A stretch of DNA of 64,000 nucleotides from Candidatus Micrarchaeota archaeon (GCA_043806595.1 JAZDGU010000018.1:1400-65399); one strand, 5' to 3'; counted from the stretch's first letter, positions 9,801 through 19,091 are shown. Notes: generated by a model not told the origin, from the sequence alone. A program made the numbers and translations.

Positions 9801-10859
9801 ATGATGCTGGACGCGACGACGTACAAGACGGTTCTGACGCCAGAGGCAGCGCTCGGCATCATACAGAAGGAGCTCGCCAAGAAGGGCTGGAAGAAGCCCG
9901 AGGTAGAGGACGTCCGGCTCGTCTACACGCCATTCTACCTGTTCTCCTTCGATGTCGCGGCGGAAGGCGCGCCGCCGATTACCGGTAAGGCCGCGCTCAA
10001 CGCCTTCAGCGGCGAAATCAACGAGATTGTGCCGATGATACTGGAGAGGCCGCTGACCCGCATGAAGGAAATCAGGGAGGGCGAGGTCGAGGAGACGGCG
10101 ATCACCCCGACCGAGGCAAGGGACGCGGCCCTCGCCAAGCTGGCGGTGCAGACCGGCGTGAAGAAGGAGATGATCGCAGTGTCGGCGTTCTCCAAGTCGT
10201 ACGTGCCGTTCTACAGGGTGTGGGTGAACGTGCACCGCGAGCCGTACAAGGCGGAAGTCGACGCGCTCATGGGCAGCATGGTGGGCCTCGAGGGCGTGCA
10301 CGAGAAGCCCAAGAGCTGGGGCGAGGCCGCAAACGACACGATAAACAAGATGAAGACGCCTTCGGGCTGGGCGGAACTCGGGGGGAAGACGATAAAGACG
10401 ATCACCGGAGGCGGGGGCCGCGGCGGCTCGCGTGACGAACGCGCCGGGGGGCACACGGGGTCGGAATTCGCGCTCGGCGGCAGCCCGTTCACCAAGATAA
10501 CGGGCACGAGGGAGGGCCGCTGGCTGATACTGCTCGTCGCCATCATCGTCCTCGCGTGGCTATTCCTTTACCAGCAGCAGGGCAGCGCGCAGTGCAAGGG
10601 CGACATATTCCAGACCGGCGGGCAGTGCGTGCTCGAGGGCGACTGCGGCTTCAACAACGGCGCAAAGCAGGCCGAATACGTGACCACGAGGATAATGATC
10701 TACCAAGACGGGCAGGAGAGGCTCGACCTCGGGGAAATCGTCGGCATGCAGGTAGACGCCGGCGGCAAGGCCGACGTCTGGCGCAAGCAGTTCAACGTCA
10801 CGTGGAACCGGAGCGGGGTAGACTGCGGCGCGTTCTCGTGGAAGTCCGACAAGGTCTGA
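9801..10859 (+). CDS. Hypothetical single-pass membrane protein
   Basis: GC3-biased ORF with two YxPFY motifs, a TM helix (WLILLVAIIVLAWLFLY) and a C-terminal 4-Cys domain. Confidence 0.8.
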   Translation: MMLDATTYKTVLTPEAALGIIQKELAKKGWKKPEVEDVRLVYTPFYLFSFDVAAEGAPPITGKAALNAFSGEINEIVPMILERPLTRMKEIREGEVEETAITPTEARDAALAKLAVQTGVKKEMIAVSAFSKSYVPFYRVWVNVHREPYKAEVDALMGSMVGLEGVHEKPKSWGEAANDTINKMKTPSGWAELGGKTIKTITGGGGRGGSRDERAGGHTGSEFALGGSPFTKITGTREGRWLILLVAIIVLAWLFLYQQQGSAQCKGDIFQTGGQCVLEGDCGFNNGAKQAEYVTTRIMIYQDGQERLDLGEIVGMQVDAGGKADVWRKQFNVTWNRSGVDCGAFSWKSDKV

Positions 10860-10883
10860 TTGCGGCGGTGAACCGGCAACCCC

Positions 10884-11903
10884 ATGGCCACCTGTGATAA
10901 TTGCGGCAAACGCGCGACGGTAAGGCTGCACTACAACGGCACCGGCCTCTGCGCGGAATGCTTCTGCGCGCAGTTCGAGAAGAGGGTGTGGAAGGCAAAC
11001 AAGGACTTCGGCATGCTGAAGCTCGGGGACCGCGTCGCCGTGGCGGTGTCGGGAGGCAAGGACTCCGGCGCGATGCTCTATGTTCTGGAGAAGATGAGGC
11101 CGAAGATCCGCGGGCTCGAGCTGTTCCCGGTGATTGTGGACGAGGGGATTCCGGGCTACCGCGGTTCCGGGATTCGCAAGGCTGAAGAGCTCTGCAGGAT
11201 GCTCTGCCTGCCGCTCGCGGTCTACCGTTTCTCGGACCACTTCAAGGCCATCAGCGAAATAACCGGGAGGCGGGACAGGCTCGTAAAGCGGAAGAAGGCG
11301 GGATTCAAGCGGCGGAGGGCGTGCACCTACTGCGGGGTGTTCCGGCGCTCCATGCTGGACACGGCCGCCAAGGAGCTCGGGGCCGACAAGCTCGCCGTGG
11401 GGCACAACGCCGACGACCTCGCGCAGACGTTCCTCATGAACCTACTGCACCGCGACGAAGGCAGGCTGCGTACGTTTGCGCCGGCGAGCGACGGGTTCGG
11501 GGGATTCGTGCCGAGAATTAGGCCGCTCGCCTACAACCCGGAGGAGGAGAGCAGGATCTACTGCAGGCTCCGCGGAATACCCTTCTACGACTGCCGCTGC
11601 CCGAACTCCTCGGAGAGCTTCCGCGGGGAGGTCAAGCGCTTCCTCAACGGCGTCGAGGAGAAGTTCCCGGGAGCGAAGTTCAACGTCCTGCGCGCGTACC
11701 TCGACCTGCAAGGAAAATTCGACGGGCATGAAAAGCCGGCCAAATCAAAGGCGGCCGCCTGCAATTCCTGCGGCACGCCTTCCTCGGGCTCCGAGTGCAT
11801 GGCGTGCAGGCTCATGGAAGAGCTCGGATGGAAACGCGCCTCCGCGGGAACCAGACGACCCGCTTTTTCCCCCACCTGCCGCCGCGGTAGTCGTACTCGA
11901 TGA
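10884..11903 (+). CDS. ttuA: tRNA 2-thiolation protein TtuA/NcsA (PP-loop)
   Basis: N-terminal CxxC/CxxC, SGGKDS, CTYCGVFRR, GHNADD, RIRPL, C-terminal Zn finger. Confidence 0.9.
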   Translation: MATCDNCGKRATVRLHYNGTGLCAECFCAQFEKRVWKANKDFGMLKLGDRVAVAVSGGKDSGAMLYVLEKMRPKIRGLELFPVIVDEGIPGYRGSGIRKAEELCRMLCLPLAVYRFSDHFKAISEITGRRDRLVKRKKAGFKRRRACTYCGVFRRSMLDTAAKELGADKLAVGHNADDLAQTFLMNLLHRDEGRLRTFAPASDGFGGFVPRIRPLAYNPEEESRIYCRLRGIPFYDCRCPNSSESFRGEVKRFLNGVEEKFPGAKFNVLRAYLDLQGKFDGHEKPAKSKAAACNSCGTPSSGSECMACRLMEELGWKRASAGTRRPAFSPTCRRGSRTR

Positions 11904-12510
11904 ATTTGTCGAACGGGATCTCGAGCGCGACGACCTCGTCTTCCGAAAGCCGGTCGAGCTCCATTACGATCGAGCGGAGGCTGTTGCCGTGCGCGACGAC
12001 GAGCACGTTCTCGCCCTTCTTCAGCAGGGGCACGATTTTTTTATGGAAGTAGGGCAGCGTCCTATTGCAGGTGTCCTCGAGGCTCTCGCCGCCCGGCGGC
12101 CTCGTGCGGAAGCTCCTCCGCCAGAGCCTGACGTGCGCCTCGCCATACACGCGCGCGGTCTCCGCCTTGTCCAGTCCCTGCAGGTCGCCATAGTGCCTCT
12201 CGTTGAGCGCGTCGTCCTGATGGACGGGAATCCCGCCGGGGACTGGCTTGTGCCTCTCCTGTGGCTTGCCGTGCGGGATGACGAGGAACTTCCCGTCCGG
12301 GAATTTCGAGCACGCGATGAGCATCGTCTCGACCGCGCGCACGAGGTTGGACGTGAACACTGCGTCGAAGGAATAGTCCCTGAGCTTTGTGGCGACGGCG
12401 AGCGCGTCCCTGCGGCCCTCGACGGCGAGCGGGATGTCCACCCAGCCGGTGAAGAGGTTCCTCACGTTCCACACAGAGCGGCCGTGGCGCAGCAAAACGA
12501 GTTTCGGCAC
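11812..12510 (-). CDS. gpmA: 2,3-BPG-dependent phosphoglycerate mutase
   Basis: LLRHGRSVWN..N.FTGW.D, LNERHYGDLQG, PPGGESL, AHGNSLR. Confidence 0.93.
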   Translation of the reverse strand: MPKLVLLRHGRSVWNVRNLFTGWVDIPLAVEGRRDALAVATKLRDYSFDAVFTSNLVRAVETMLIACSKFPDGKFLVIPHGKPQERHKPVPGGIPVHQDDALNERHYGDLQGLDKAETARVYGEAHVRLWRRSFRTRPPGGESLEDTCNRTLPYFHKKIVPLLKKGENVLVVAHGNSLRSIVMELDRLSEDEVVALEIPFDKFIEYDYRGGRWGKKRVVWFPRRRVSIRALP

Positions 12511-12746
12511 AGCAAATGCACCCCCAGTAGGGGCAAGGATAAGGTTGTTTTTATTCCTTCACTTCGACGCATTCGCACCGGAACGGTGGTAAGCAAAGGC
12601 GTATTAACCACCCCTGCGCAAGAAGCCTTGGGGGAAGCGGAAAGGGGTTTCGCTTTCATGCCACACGGCGCGCAAACTCCGCGGAAGATATCCGCAAAAT
12701 CGCGCCAACGGCGGGACTGACCCTGTTTCCCTTCCCCTGTTCATTC

Positions 12747-13220
12747 TCACGACTGCTGGACAATCTTCACGGACTTCATGACCACGGGCTGGAGGGGCCT
12801 GTCATTCGCGTCCTTGGGGACGCCGCCGATCTTCTGCACGACGTCCATGCCATTGACGACCTTCCCGAAGACCGCGTGGCGGCCGTCCAGCCACGGCGTG
12901 GAGTCGAGGGTGATGAAGAACTGGCTCCCGCCCGTGTTCGGGCCCGCGTTCGCCATGGAAAGCATTCCGGGGCCGGAGTGGGCAAGGCCGGGGCCGAACT
13001 CGTCCTCAATCTCGTAGCCCGGGCCGCCCGTGCCGTCCCCCTTCGGGCAGCCGCCCTGTACCATGAAGCCCGGGATGACGCGGTGGAAGGTCAGGCCGTC
13101 GTAGAACTTCTTCTCCGCGAGCTTGACGAAATCGGCGACCGTCTTCGGCGCCTTGTCCATGAAAAGCTCGACGTCTATGACGCCGAGGGACGTGTCGAAT
13201 ATCGCGTGCGGGTTGGGCAA
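12747..13220 (-). CDS. ppiA: Cyclophilin-type peptidyl-prolyl isomerase
   Basis: [49 protein letters not shown] start with AGGTGAG RBS. Confidence 0.95.
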   Translation of the reverse strand: MPNPHAIFDTSLGVIDVELFMDKAPKTVADFVKLAEKKFYDGLTFHRVIPGFMVQGGCPKGDGTGGPGYEIEDEFGPGLAHSGPGMLSMANAGPNTGGSQFFITLDSTPWLDGRHAVFGKVVNGMDVVQKIGGVPKDANDRPLQPVVMKSVKIVQQS

Positions 13221-13250
13221 ATCTGCTCACCTTGGTTTGGGGGTATTGAG

Positions 13251-13323
13251 TGGGCCCGCGGAGAATCGGACTCCGGATCTCCAGTGTGTGAGACTGGCGT
13301 CTTAACCACTCGACTACGGGCCC
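13251..13323 (-). tRNA. tRNA-Val(CAC)
   Basis: GGGCCCGTAGTCGAGTGGTTAAGACGCCAGTCTCACACACTGGAGATCCGGAGTCCGATTCTCCGCGGGCCCA folds as a cloverleaf; anticodon stem CCAGT/ACTGG with CAC; no intron; CCA not encoded; TTTTAAA box upstream. Confidence 0.93.
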
Positions 13324-13371
13324 TTCCTAAAAGTAGGTGAAAACGGTTTAAAAAAACGATGCCAGCCTTTC

Positions 13372-13710
13372 CTAATCGTATTTCGGCTGGCCGTGGCTTC
13401 GCGTGGTGCTGACGCCCGTCGTCTCGTTGAAGCGTGAGAACTGGCGGAAAGGCGCGTTCTCGGCCCGCTCGCGCGCCCGCGCCTCCTGCTCGCGCTTCTT
13501 GTCGAAGATGCGCAGGTGCTTGCCGCACGAGATGCAGTAGCAGACCTCGCGCGTGATGCGCGGCTGGTACTGGTCGTCGTAGACGTCCTTGCGCTCCATG
13601 GGATTGGAGAGCATGACCTTCTCGATGCAGACGGCCTTGTCCTTGCGCGTGAGCCTGCCGCACTTGCCGCAGGGTATGAGACGCTCCTTTCCTCTGCCCA
13701 ATTCAAACAC
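13372..13710 (-). CDS. rps26e: 30S ribosomal protein eS26 (S26e)-like
   Basis: GRG....CGKCGR...KDKA ... YCISC..H matches the S26e Zn-binding pattern. Confidence 0.8.
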   Translation of the reverse strand: MFELGRGKERLIPCGKCGRLTRKDKAVCIEKVMLSNPMERKDVYDDQYQPRITREVCYCISCGKHLRIFDKKREQEARARERAENAPFRQFSRFNETTGVSTTRSHGQPKYD

Positions 13711-13716
13711 CTCTGG

Positions 13717-15108
13717 TTAATCCTGTCCGCTGCCGCCGAACTCGCGCCTGATCCTGGAAACGAGCCTCTTCTTAGCCGGCGTGCCCTTGAGCGCGTGCTG
13801 TAAGACGTCATGCCAATGGGATGCCGTAACTATTTCAATCTTTCCATTCTGCTCGCGGTCGAGGACGATGTCGCCGAGGTTCGATGCCGGAACCACGGCC
13901 TTGCGCATGCCCGCCTCTATCGCCGCCTCGATCTTCTGCGTGACGCCGCCGACGGGGAGGACCTCGCCGCGGACGGAAATAGAGCCAGTCATGGCCACCC
14001 CCTGGTCCACGGGGATCTCCTCCAGCGCGGACAGGACCGCGGTCGCGACGGCGATGCTCGCGCTGTCGCCCTCGACGCCCTCGTAGGTCTGCAGGAACTG
14101 GACGTGGATGTCGAAGCCGCTGACGTCCTTGCCGATGTGCTTCTTGAGCAGCGCGCTGACGTTCTCGACGGCCTCCTGGGCTATCTCGCCGAGCTTGCCG
14201 GTGGCGATTATCTTGCCCTCGGCCTTGCTCGCAGCGGGAGCGACTTCGGCGACTATCGGCAAAAGGATGCCCGAGTCGCCCATGACCGCGAGGCCGTTCA
14301 CCCTGCCGACCTCGAAGCCCGTGTTGACGAAAACGCGGTAGTCCTTCTTGACGTCGATGAACTGCTGCGCCATCTGCTGCTCGAGGGTCCTGGAAAGGCG
14401 TTTGGCCATCTTCACGTCCGTCGAGGAGACGGCCGGGGACTTGTGCTCTCGCGCGACGTCGCCCGCGGCACGGATGAGGCCGCCGAGCTCGCGCAGCTTG
14501 AGCGTCAGGCGGTTCTTGCGGCCGGCGCGCTTGCGCGCCTCATAGACGAGTTCCTGGATGCCGCCGGAGTCGAAGTGCGGGATCTTGCCGTCCTTCTTGA
14601 CCTCCTGCGCGATGAACTGCACGAGCTTGAGCCGGTTGGCGAGGTTGTCCTCCATGGTCTCGTCCATGTAGACCTCGTAGCCGAAGCCGCGGATGCGGGA
14701 GCGGAGCGCGGGGTGCATCTTCTGGACGTCGAAGTAGTTGCCAGCGGCGATGAGCACGAAGTCGCACGGCACCGGCTGGGTCTTGACCTGCGCGCCGCTA
14801 GACATCTCGCTCTGGCCGGTGATGCTCAGCCTCTTCTCCTGGATCGCGGTCAGCAGCTCCTGCTGGGCCTTGGGCTTGAGCGTGGAGACCTCGTCGATGA
14901 AGAGCACGCCACGGTGCGCCCTGTGGATGGCACCCGCCGCGATGCGCAAGTGGGGCGGGGTGCCGAGGCCGCCGCTGTTGCGGACTAGCACGCCGTTCGC
15001 GAAGTAGTTGCCCGTGGACGTAGTCATGTTGTAGACCGTGCCGTCGAAAGGCAGGAGCCTCTTCGCGGCCGCAGGCGCTGTGGAGAGCTTGAAACGCATG
15101 GCTACCAT
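13717..15108 (-). CDS. lonB: LonB protease C-terminal half fused to an N-terminal IntC (split intein) fragment
   Basis: After ...ANGVLVRN the chain reads [22 protein letters not shown] (Walker B), HPALRSR, GDSAS (catalytic Ser), GGVTQK (catalytic Lys). Walker A and TM segments are absent. Confidence 0.92.
   Translation of the reverse strand: MVAMRFKLSTAPAAAKRLLPFDGTVYNMTTSTGNYFANGVLVRNSGGLGTPPHLRIAAGAIHRAHRGVLFIDEVSTLKPKAQQELLTAIQEKRLSITGQSEMSSGAQVKTQPVPCDFVLIAAGNYFDVQKMHPALRSRIRGFGYEVYMDETMEDNLANRLKLVQFIAQEVKKDGKIPHFDSGGIQELVYEARKRAGRKNRLTLKLRELGGLIRAAGDVAREHKSPAVSSTDVKMAKRLSRTLEQQMAQQFIDVKKDYRVFVNTGFEVGRVNGLAVMGDSGILLPIVAEVAPAASKAEGKIIATGKLGEIAQEAVENVSALLKKHIGKDVSGFDIHVQFLQTYEGVEGDSASIAVATAVLSALEEIPVDQGVAMTGSISVRGEVLPVGGVTQKIEAAIEAGMRKAVVPASNLGDIVLDREQNGKIEIVTASHWHDVLQHALKGTPAKKRLVSRIRREFGGSGQD
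14977..15108 (-). mobile_element. Intein C-terminal fragment (blocks F/G), 41-44 aa
   Basis: [20 protein letters not shown] followed by +1 Ser; no upstream intein blocks A/B and no endonuclease. Confidence 0.85.
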
Positions 15109-15139
15109 CAAGTGAATTGCATTCATTGAACCCTCGAAA

Positions 15140-15185
15140 GCTTATAAAACCGCTTTTCCGCGCCTCGGGGAAAGGTTTAAAGCCG
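15140..15185. promoter_or_regulatory. Back-to-back BRE/TATA promoters for IntC-lonB (-) and the 15217 gene (+)
   Basis: Minus strand GGAAAAGCGGTTTTATAAG; plus strand GGGAAAGGTTTAAAG. Confidence 0.7.
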
Positions 15186-15216
15186 GCCGCGGGGTTATGC
15201 AGGAGGGGATTAACCC

Positions 15217-15570
15217 ATGGAACCCATGCCCGACTTCGACACCTGGTTCAGCCTGATGAGCCTCGTCTTCTTCGGAATGCTGACGCTCTACTCGGCGAGG
15301 ACGTACCTCTTCTTCCGGGAAAGCAGCCTCGCACAGCACCTCCGGCTCCTCAGCGTCGGCCTGTTCATGTTCACGTTGAGCAAGGCGATCCAACTTTACC
15401 AGTACACCGCAGGCACGACGTTCTACCAGCTGACGAACACCGTCGAGCTCGCCGCGGCGCTGTTCCTGCTAGGCGGCGTTCTCGACTTCAAGCGCGAGTT
15501 CATGAAGTTCAAGTGGCTCAAGGAGATGGAGGCGGCGATCCGCAACGAGAAGAGAAAGCCAGTAGTCTGA
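15217..15570 (+). CDS. Hypothetical membrane protein (about 3 TM)
   Basis: Hydrophobic 117-aa ORF, GGAGG RBS, GC3 bias. Confidence 0.8.
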   Translation: MEPMPDFDTWFSLMSLVFFGMLTLYSARTYLFFRESSLAQHLRLLSVGLFMFTLSKAIQLYQYTAGTTFYQLTNTVELAAALFLLGGVLDFKREFMKFKWLKEMEAAIRNEKRKPVV

Positions 15571-15627
15571 GCCCGCCGATAAGCCGGAATTGCCGGCAAC
15601 GCTCCCCCCTATAGAATCGGTGAATTA

Positions 15628-16201
15628 ATGCCACAAGAGCAGGAGAAAGGGCCGATTCCGTACATGGCGTTCTACCACAGCACGGCTACGGAAGGGTTGA
15701 TGGAAAGGCAGTTGAAGAAGCTCGGGAAAACAAGCCTGCCCCCCAAACCGGCATACTCGTTCCTGGCAGGGACAAACCCGGAAGCGTTCCCCCCCCGAGA
15801 GGCTTGGGGCAAAGCGGATAGCGGTCAAGAGGATTCCGCTGGAGTACGCCGAAGAACTTCTTTCCCGCGGCCTCACCGGCAGGAACCCGTCGTACATCGG
15901 GTTTATCTGGTACGAGCGGGAAAGGGGCGGTTACACGACGGACGTTTACGATCCTAAGGACCATCCTGACTGGAAGGTCGCGGGCGGGCTCGCCAATTGG
16001 ATGGAGGCAGTCACCACCAACCACCTCAAAAAAACGTACGGGGCAAGATTTTTTTCCACGCCGTTTTCGTCTTCCGGCTCCAGAAGGGGACAGGTCGAAC
16101 GGTGGGGATTGAAGGCCGGCACGCAATACCACGTCGACTCATGGATGAAGGGATTGGGCAAGGGTTTGCGCGGAACCCTGCAGAAGCGGCGGCAACGCTA
16201 G
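15628..16201 (+). pseudogene. Hypothetical gene frameshifted at a C8 tract (15789-15796)
   Basis: Removing one C joins 15628 to the open frame ending at 16201 (EAFPP-ERLGAKRIAVKR...WMEAVTTNHLKK). Confidence 0.6.
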
Positions 16202-17088
16202 ACCATCAGCTCCTTTCCTTCCTCCGCGGCCTCGGCCGCGGGGAATATCTTCCTTGCCTCGTCCACGAGAGGCGAGACGTCCGAGTAGCGGTTGCTGAAG
16301 TGCGTCAGCACGAGCTTCTTCGCCCCTGCCTTCTTCGCGGTCTCGGCGGCCTGCTTTGCCGTCGAATGGAACTTCAGCTTGGCGGTAGCGGCCTCCTCCG
16401 AGGAGAACGTGCTGTCGTGGATGAGCAGGTCGGCGGCCTTCGCCGCGCGCGTGAGGGAAGCGCATGGCATGGTATCGCCGCTGTAGACGATCCTCTTTCC
16501 TTCCTTGACGAAGGTGACGTCCTCCAGCCGGATCTTCCTCCCGTCGACGGAGACGCTGCCCTTCTCCGTAATTTCGGAGAACAGCCTGCCCTTGATCCCG
16601 AGGCCGCGCGCCTTGTCCGCGTAGAACTTGTGTATGGGCTGCTCCTCGAGAGTGTAGCCGAGTGCCGCGGTGTTGTGCTTGACGGGGAAGGCCGAAACCT
16701 TCACGAGCTTGTCGTCGAACACCTGCCGGGACGAGGAGATTTCGGTGACGTCGTACGGGTAGCCGAAGCGGAAGGGCTTGAGGGAGAAAAGCGAGGCGAG
16801 GAAGTCCTTCGTGCCCTTAGGGCCGTAGAAGTGAAGGGGCGTCTTGCGCTCCTGGATGCCGAGAGTCTGCGTGAGGCCCGCGACGCCGATGACGTGGTCG
16901 GCGTGCAGGTGCGAGAGGAAGATGTTGTCGACCTTGGAGTAGCTGATGGTGAACTTCATCATCTGCCGCTGGACGCCCTCGGCGCAGTCGAAGAGGAACG
17001 TGCCGCCCGTCTTGACCGCGAAGCACGAGGGCACGCGGCCCGGCGACGGCACCGCAGCGGAACTGCCCAGAAAAACCACTCGCAGCAT
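16198..17088 (-). CDS. rnz: Ribonuclease Z
   Basis: FLGSSAAVP, DCAEG, SHLHADH, YSGDT, HDSTF, HST, LTHFSNRY. Confidence 0.95.
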   Translation of the reverse strand: MLRVVFLGSSAAVPSPGRVPSCFAVKTGGTFLFDCAEGVQRQMMKFTISYSKVDNIFLSHLHADHVIGVAGLTQTLGIQERKTPLHFYGPKGTKDFLASLFSLKPFRFGYPYDVTEISSSRQVFDDKLVKVSAFPVKHNTAALGYTLEEQPIHKFYADKARGLGIKGRLFSEITEKGSVSVDGRKIRLEDVTFVKEGKRIVYSGDTMPCASLTRAAKAADLLIHDSTFSSEEAATAKLKFHSTAKQAAETAKKAGAKKLVLTHFSNRYSDVSPLVDEARKIFPAAEAAEEGKELMV

Positions 17089-17098
17089 TCTCTAAACC

Positions 17099-18388
17099 TC
17101 ATGGGACGCCGACTACGACGTCGCAGGCGTTGGTGCCCGTCGGACCAGTGACGACCAGCGAGCCGCCGAGGCGCCTGAAGAAAGTATTTGAGTCGTTGCG
17201 GCTTAAATACTCTTCCGCACGCAGGCCGCGGCCTTCCGCCCGCGCGGACGTATTCGAGTCAACCAAGGCGCCGGCGGCATGCGAAACGCCATCCACGCCG
17301 TCCGTGCCAGCGGCAAGCAGAACCCCCCGCTTCAATCGCATCGAGGCGGCAAGCGCAAGCTCCTGACATCGTCCCCCACGGCCCTTCCCGCGGACGGTGA
17401 CGACAGTCTCGCCACCCGCGACGAAGCACGCGCCCGAATTCACGACGGAGGCGAGGTTGCGGCCGACGGTGCGCGCCTCTCCCTGCATGCGCTTGATCGC
17501 CAACGGGTTCAGGCCGCGGCATCGCAGGTATCCGACGGCGGCGTCGACGGCATGATCGTTGTCGGCGAGGACGAAGCTGGAAATCCGCGGCATGGGGCGG
17601 CGCGCGAGGTCGAGCGAGGAGATGACCTTCAGCGCCTTGCGTCCGGCGGGAGTGCCCGCGATGCCCCGCATGCGGATGATGCGGGCCGCCCTGCGGGCAT
17701 CCGGCTTGACGTCCACCGTGGGCGCCGAGGCGATGACTTCGAGCGGCGAGCCGACGACGTCGGAAATCACGAGGTTGACCAGATCCGCGCGGTGGAACGC
17801 CGAGGCGAGGCCGCCGGCCTTTATTTGCGAAAGGCACTGCCGCACCGCGTTCAGCTCGCCGACGGGTGCGCCGGCCCTCATCAGGAGCGAGGAAACCCCG
17901 CACATTTCCTTGATGGAAATCCCCTGGAGGGGCAGTTCGGCGAGAGCGGAACCGCCGCCGGAAACCAGAGAAACGACAAGGTCGCCGGGGCGCACGCCTT
18001 CTGCTAGCGCCAGCATTGCGCGCGCGGCTGCGGCGGACTTGGCGCAAGGCAGGGGATGCGTGGACTCGACGAGGCGGATGTTCTTCGTTGAAAAGCGTCT
18101 GGCGGTGCCTTGCGGCACGGCGACGACGCCGGCCTCGACGGGGACCGCCTTTTCGAGCGCCTCGGCCATCGCGCCCGAGGCCTTTCCCATGCCGATCGCG
18201 AAGATCCTGCGGGCCTTGAACTGCCTGCCCCTGACGTTAAGGCCCGCTTTGGAAAAGGAGACCGAATCGCCGACGATGCGGCGGGGGTCGCAGGCCGTGA
18301 CCGCGACCGTGAACGCGGCTAGGCACAGGGCCCGTTTGCCGGAATCGGCGCGCGAAGGCATTTTGTTCACCGGCCTGCAGGGGCTCAC
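17099..18388 (-). CDS. Glycerate 2-kinase (MOFRL/DUF4147 family)
   Basis: GMGKAS, HPLP, SGGGSAL, ISDVVG, GGETVV..G.GGRCQE, GTDGVDG, TGPTGTN..D. Confidence 0.9.
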   Translation of the reverse strand: MSPCRPVNKMPSRADSGKRALCLAAFTVAVTACDPRRIVGDSVSFSKAGLNVRGRQFKARRIFAIGMGKASGAMAEALEKAVPVEAGVVAVPQGTARRFSTKNIRLVESTHPLPCAKSAAAARAMLALAEGVRPGDLVVSLVSGGGSALAELPLQGISIKEMCGVSSLLMRAGAPVGELNAVRQCLSQIKAGGLASAFHRADLVNLVISDVVGSPLEVIASAPTVDVKPDARRAARIIRMRGIAGTPAGRKALKVISSLDLARRPMPRISSFVLADNDHAVDAAVGYLRCRGLNPLAIKRMQGEARTVGRNLASVVNSGACFVAGGETVVTVRGKGRGGRCQELALAASMRLKRGVLLAAGTDGVDGVSHAAGALVDSNTSARAEGRGLRAEEYLSRNDSNTFFRRLGGSLVVTGPTGTNACDVVVGVP

Positions 18389-18999
18389 GTGAGGCGCTTG
18401 ATGTCCTTGACGGTAATGTCGAAGACTAGAGTCTTGCCGGCAAGGGGATGGTTGAAGTCGATTGTGGCGTTCGAGCCGTTGATTGCGGTTACCACGCCCG
18501 ACATGCCGCTCGTGGCGTAGAGCATCATGCCGACGGATACGTCTTCGCCGCCGGTGGTGATGTTCGCGACGGGAATCTGCATGACGTTCTCATCGCTGGG
18601 CTCGCCGTATGCTTCCTCTGGCGGGATGGACGCCGTCTTCTTATCGCCGGCCTTCATTCCGACGACCGCGGCCTCGAAGCCGGGAATCATCTGCCTGGTA
18701 CCGATCGTGAAGGTGAGAAGGTCGTAGGAAGGGCTCACGGGAAGGCCGGCCTTCTCCGCCTCGGCCTGGACGTTCGTGTCGAAGAGCGTGCCGTTCTCGA
18801 ACTTGCCGACGTACTCGACGGAGACGACGTCCCCGGCCTGCACCCTGCGGTCCCCGGGCGGAATCGTCGTGACCGGCGGGACGCCGGCGTCGGAAGGCGC
18901 AATGGTCGGGGCAGCGGTCGGCGTCGGCGTGACCGTTGACTGCTGGACGCAGCCCATGAGGAAGACTATTGCCAAAACCGCTAGCAGTTTGTACAACAC
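18385..18999 (-). CDS. FKBP-type PPIase (SlyD-like) with lipoprotein signal and Pro/Thr linker
   Basis: LMGC lipobox-like signal; VEYVG...G.LFDT, IPGFE, PPEEAYG, DFNHPLAGKTLVF. Confidence 0.9.
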   Translation of the reverse strand: MLYKLLAVLAIVFLMGCVQQSTVTPTPTAAPTIAPSDAGVPPVTTIPPGDRRVQAGDVVSVEYVGKFENGTLFDTNVQAEAEKAGLPVSPSYDLLTFTIGTRQMIPGFEAAVVGMKAGDKKTASIPPEEAYGEPSDENVMQIPVANITTGGEDVSVGMMLYATSGMSGVVTAINGSNATIDFNHPLAGKTLVFDITVKDIKRLT

Positions 19000-19091
19000 T
19001 TGCAAACCCCCCTTCCGGAAGAACCGGACGGGATATTGTTGGGGGGGAAGGGGTATTAAAACCATCCTGACGAAAGACTCGCGAAAGCCCG

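Noticed and set aside
11812..11903. 92-bp convergent overlap of ttuA and gpmA
   Set aside because: Both tails lie beyond the conserved domains; stop-codon drift in GC-rich DNA explains it.
13251..13323. tRNA as the attachment site of an integrated element
   Set aside because: No integrase, and I saw no duplicated tRNA 3' end in the window.
15109..15570. LonB N-half or IntN hidden upstream by a frameshift
   Set aside because: Upstream DNA is a promoter pair and a divergent, well-formed membrane gene; I found no Walker A, DPFQ or intein block A there or elsewhere in the window.
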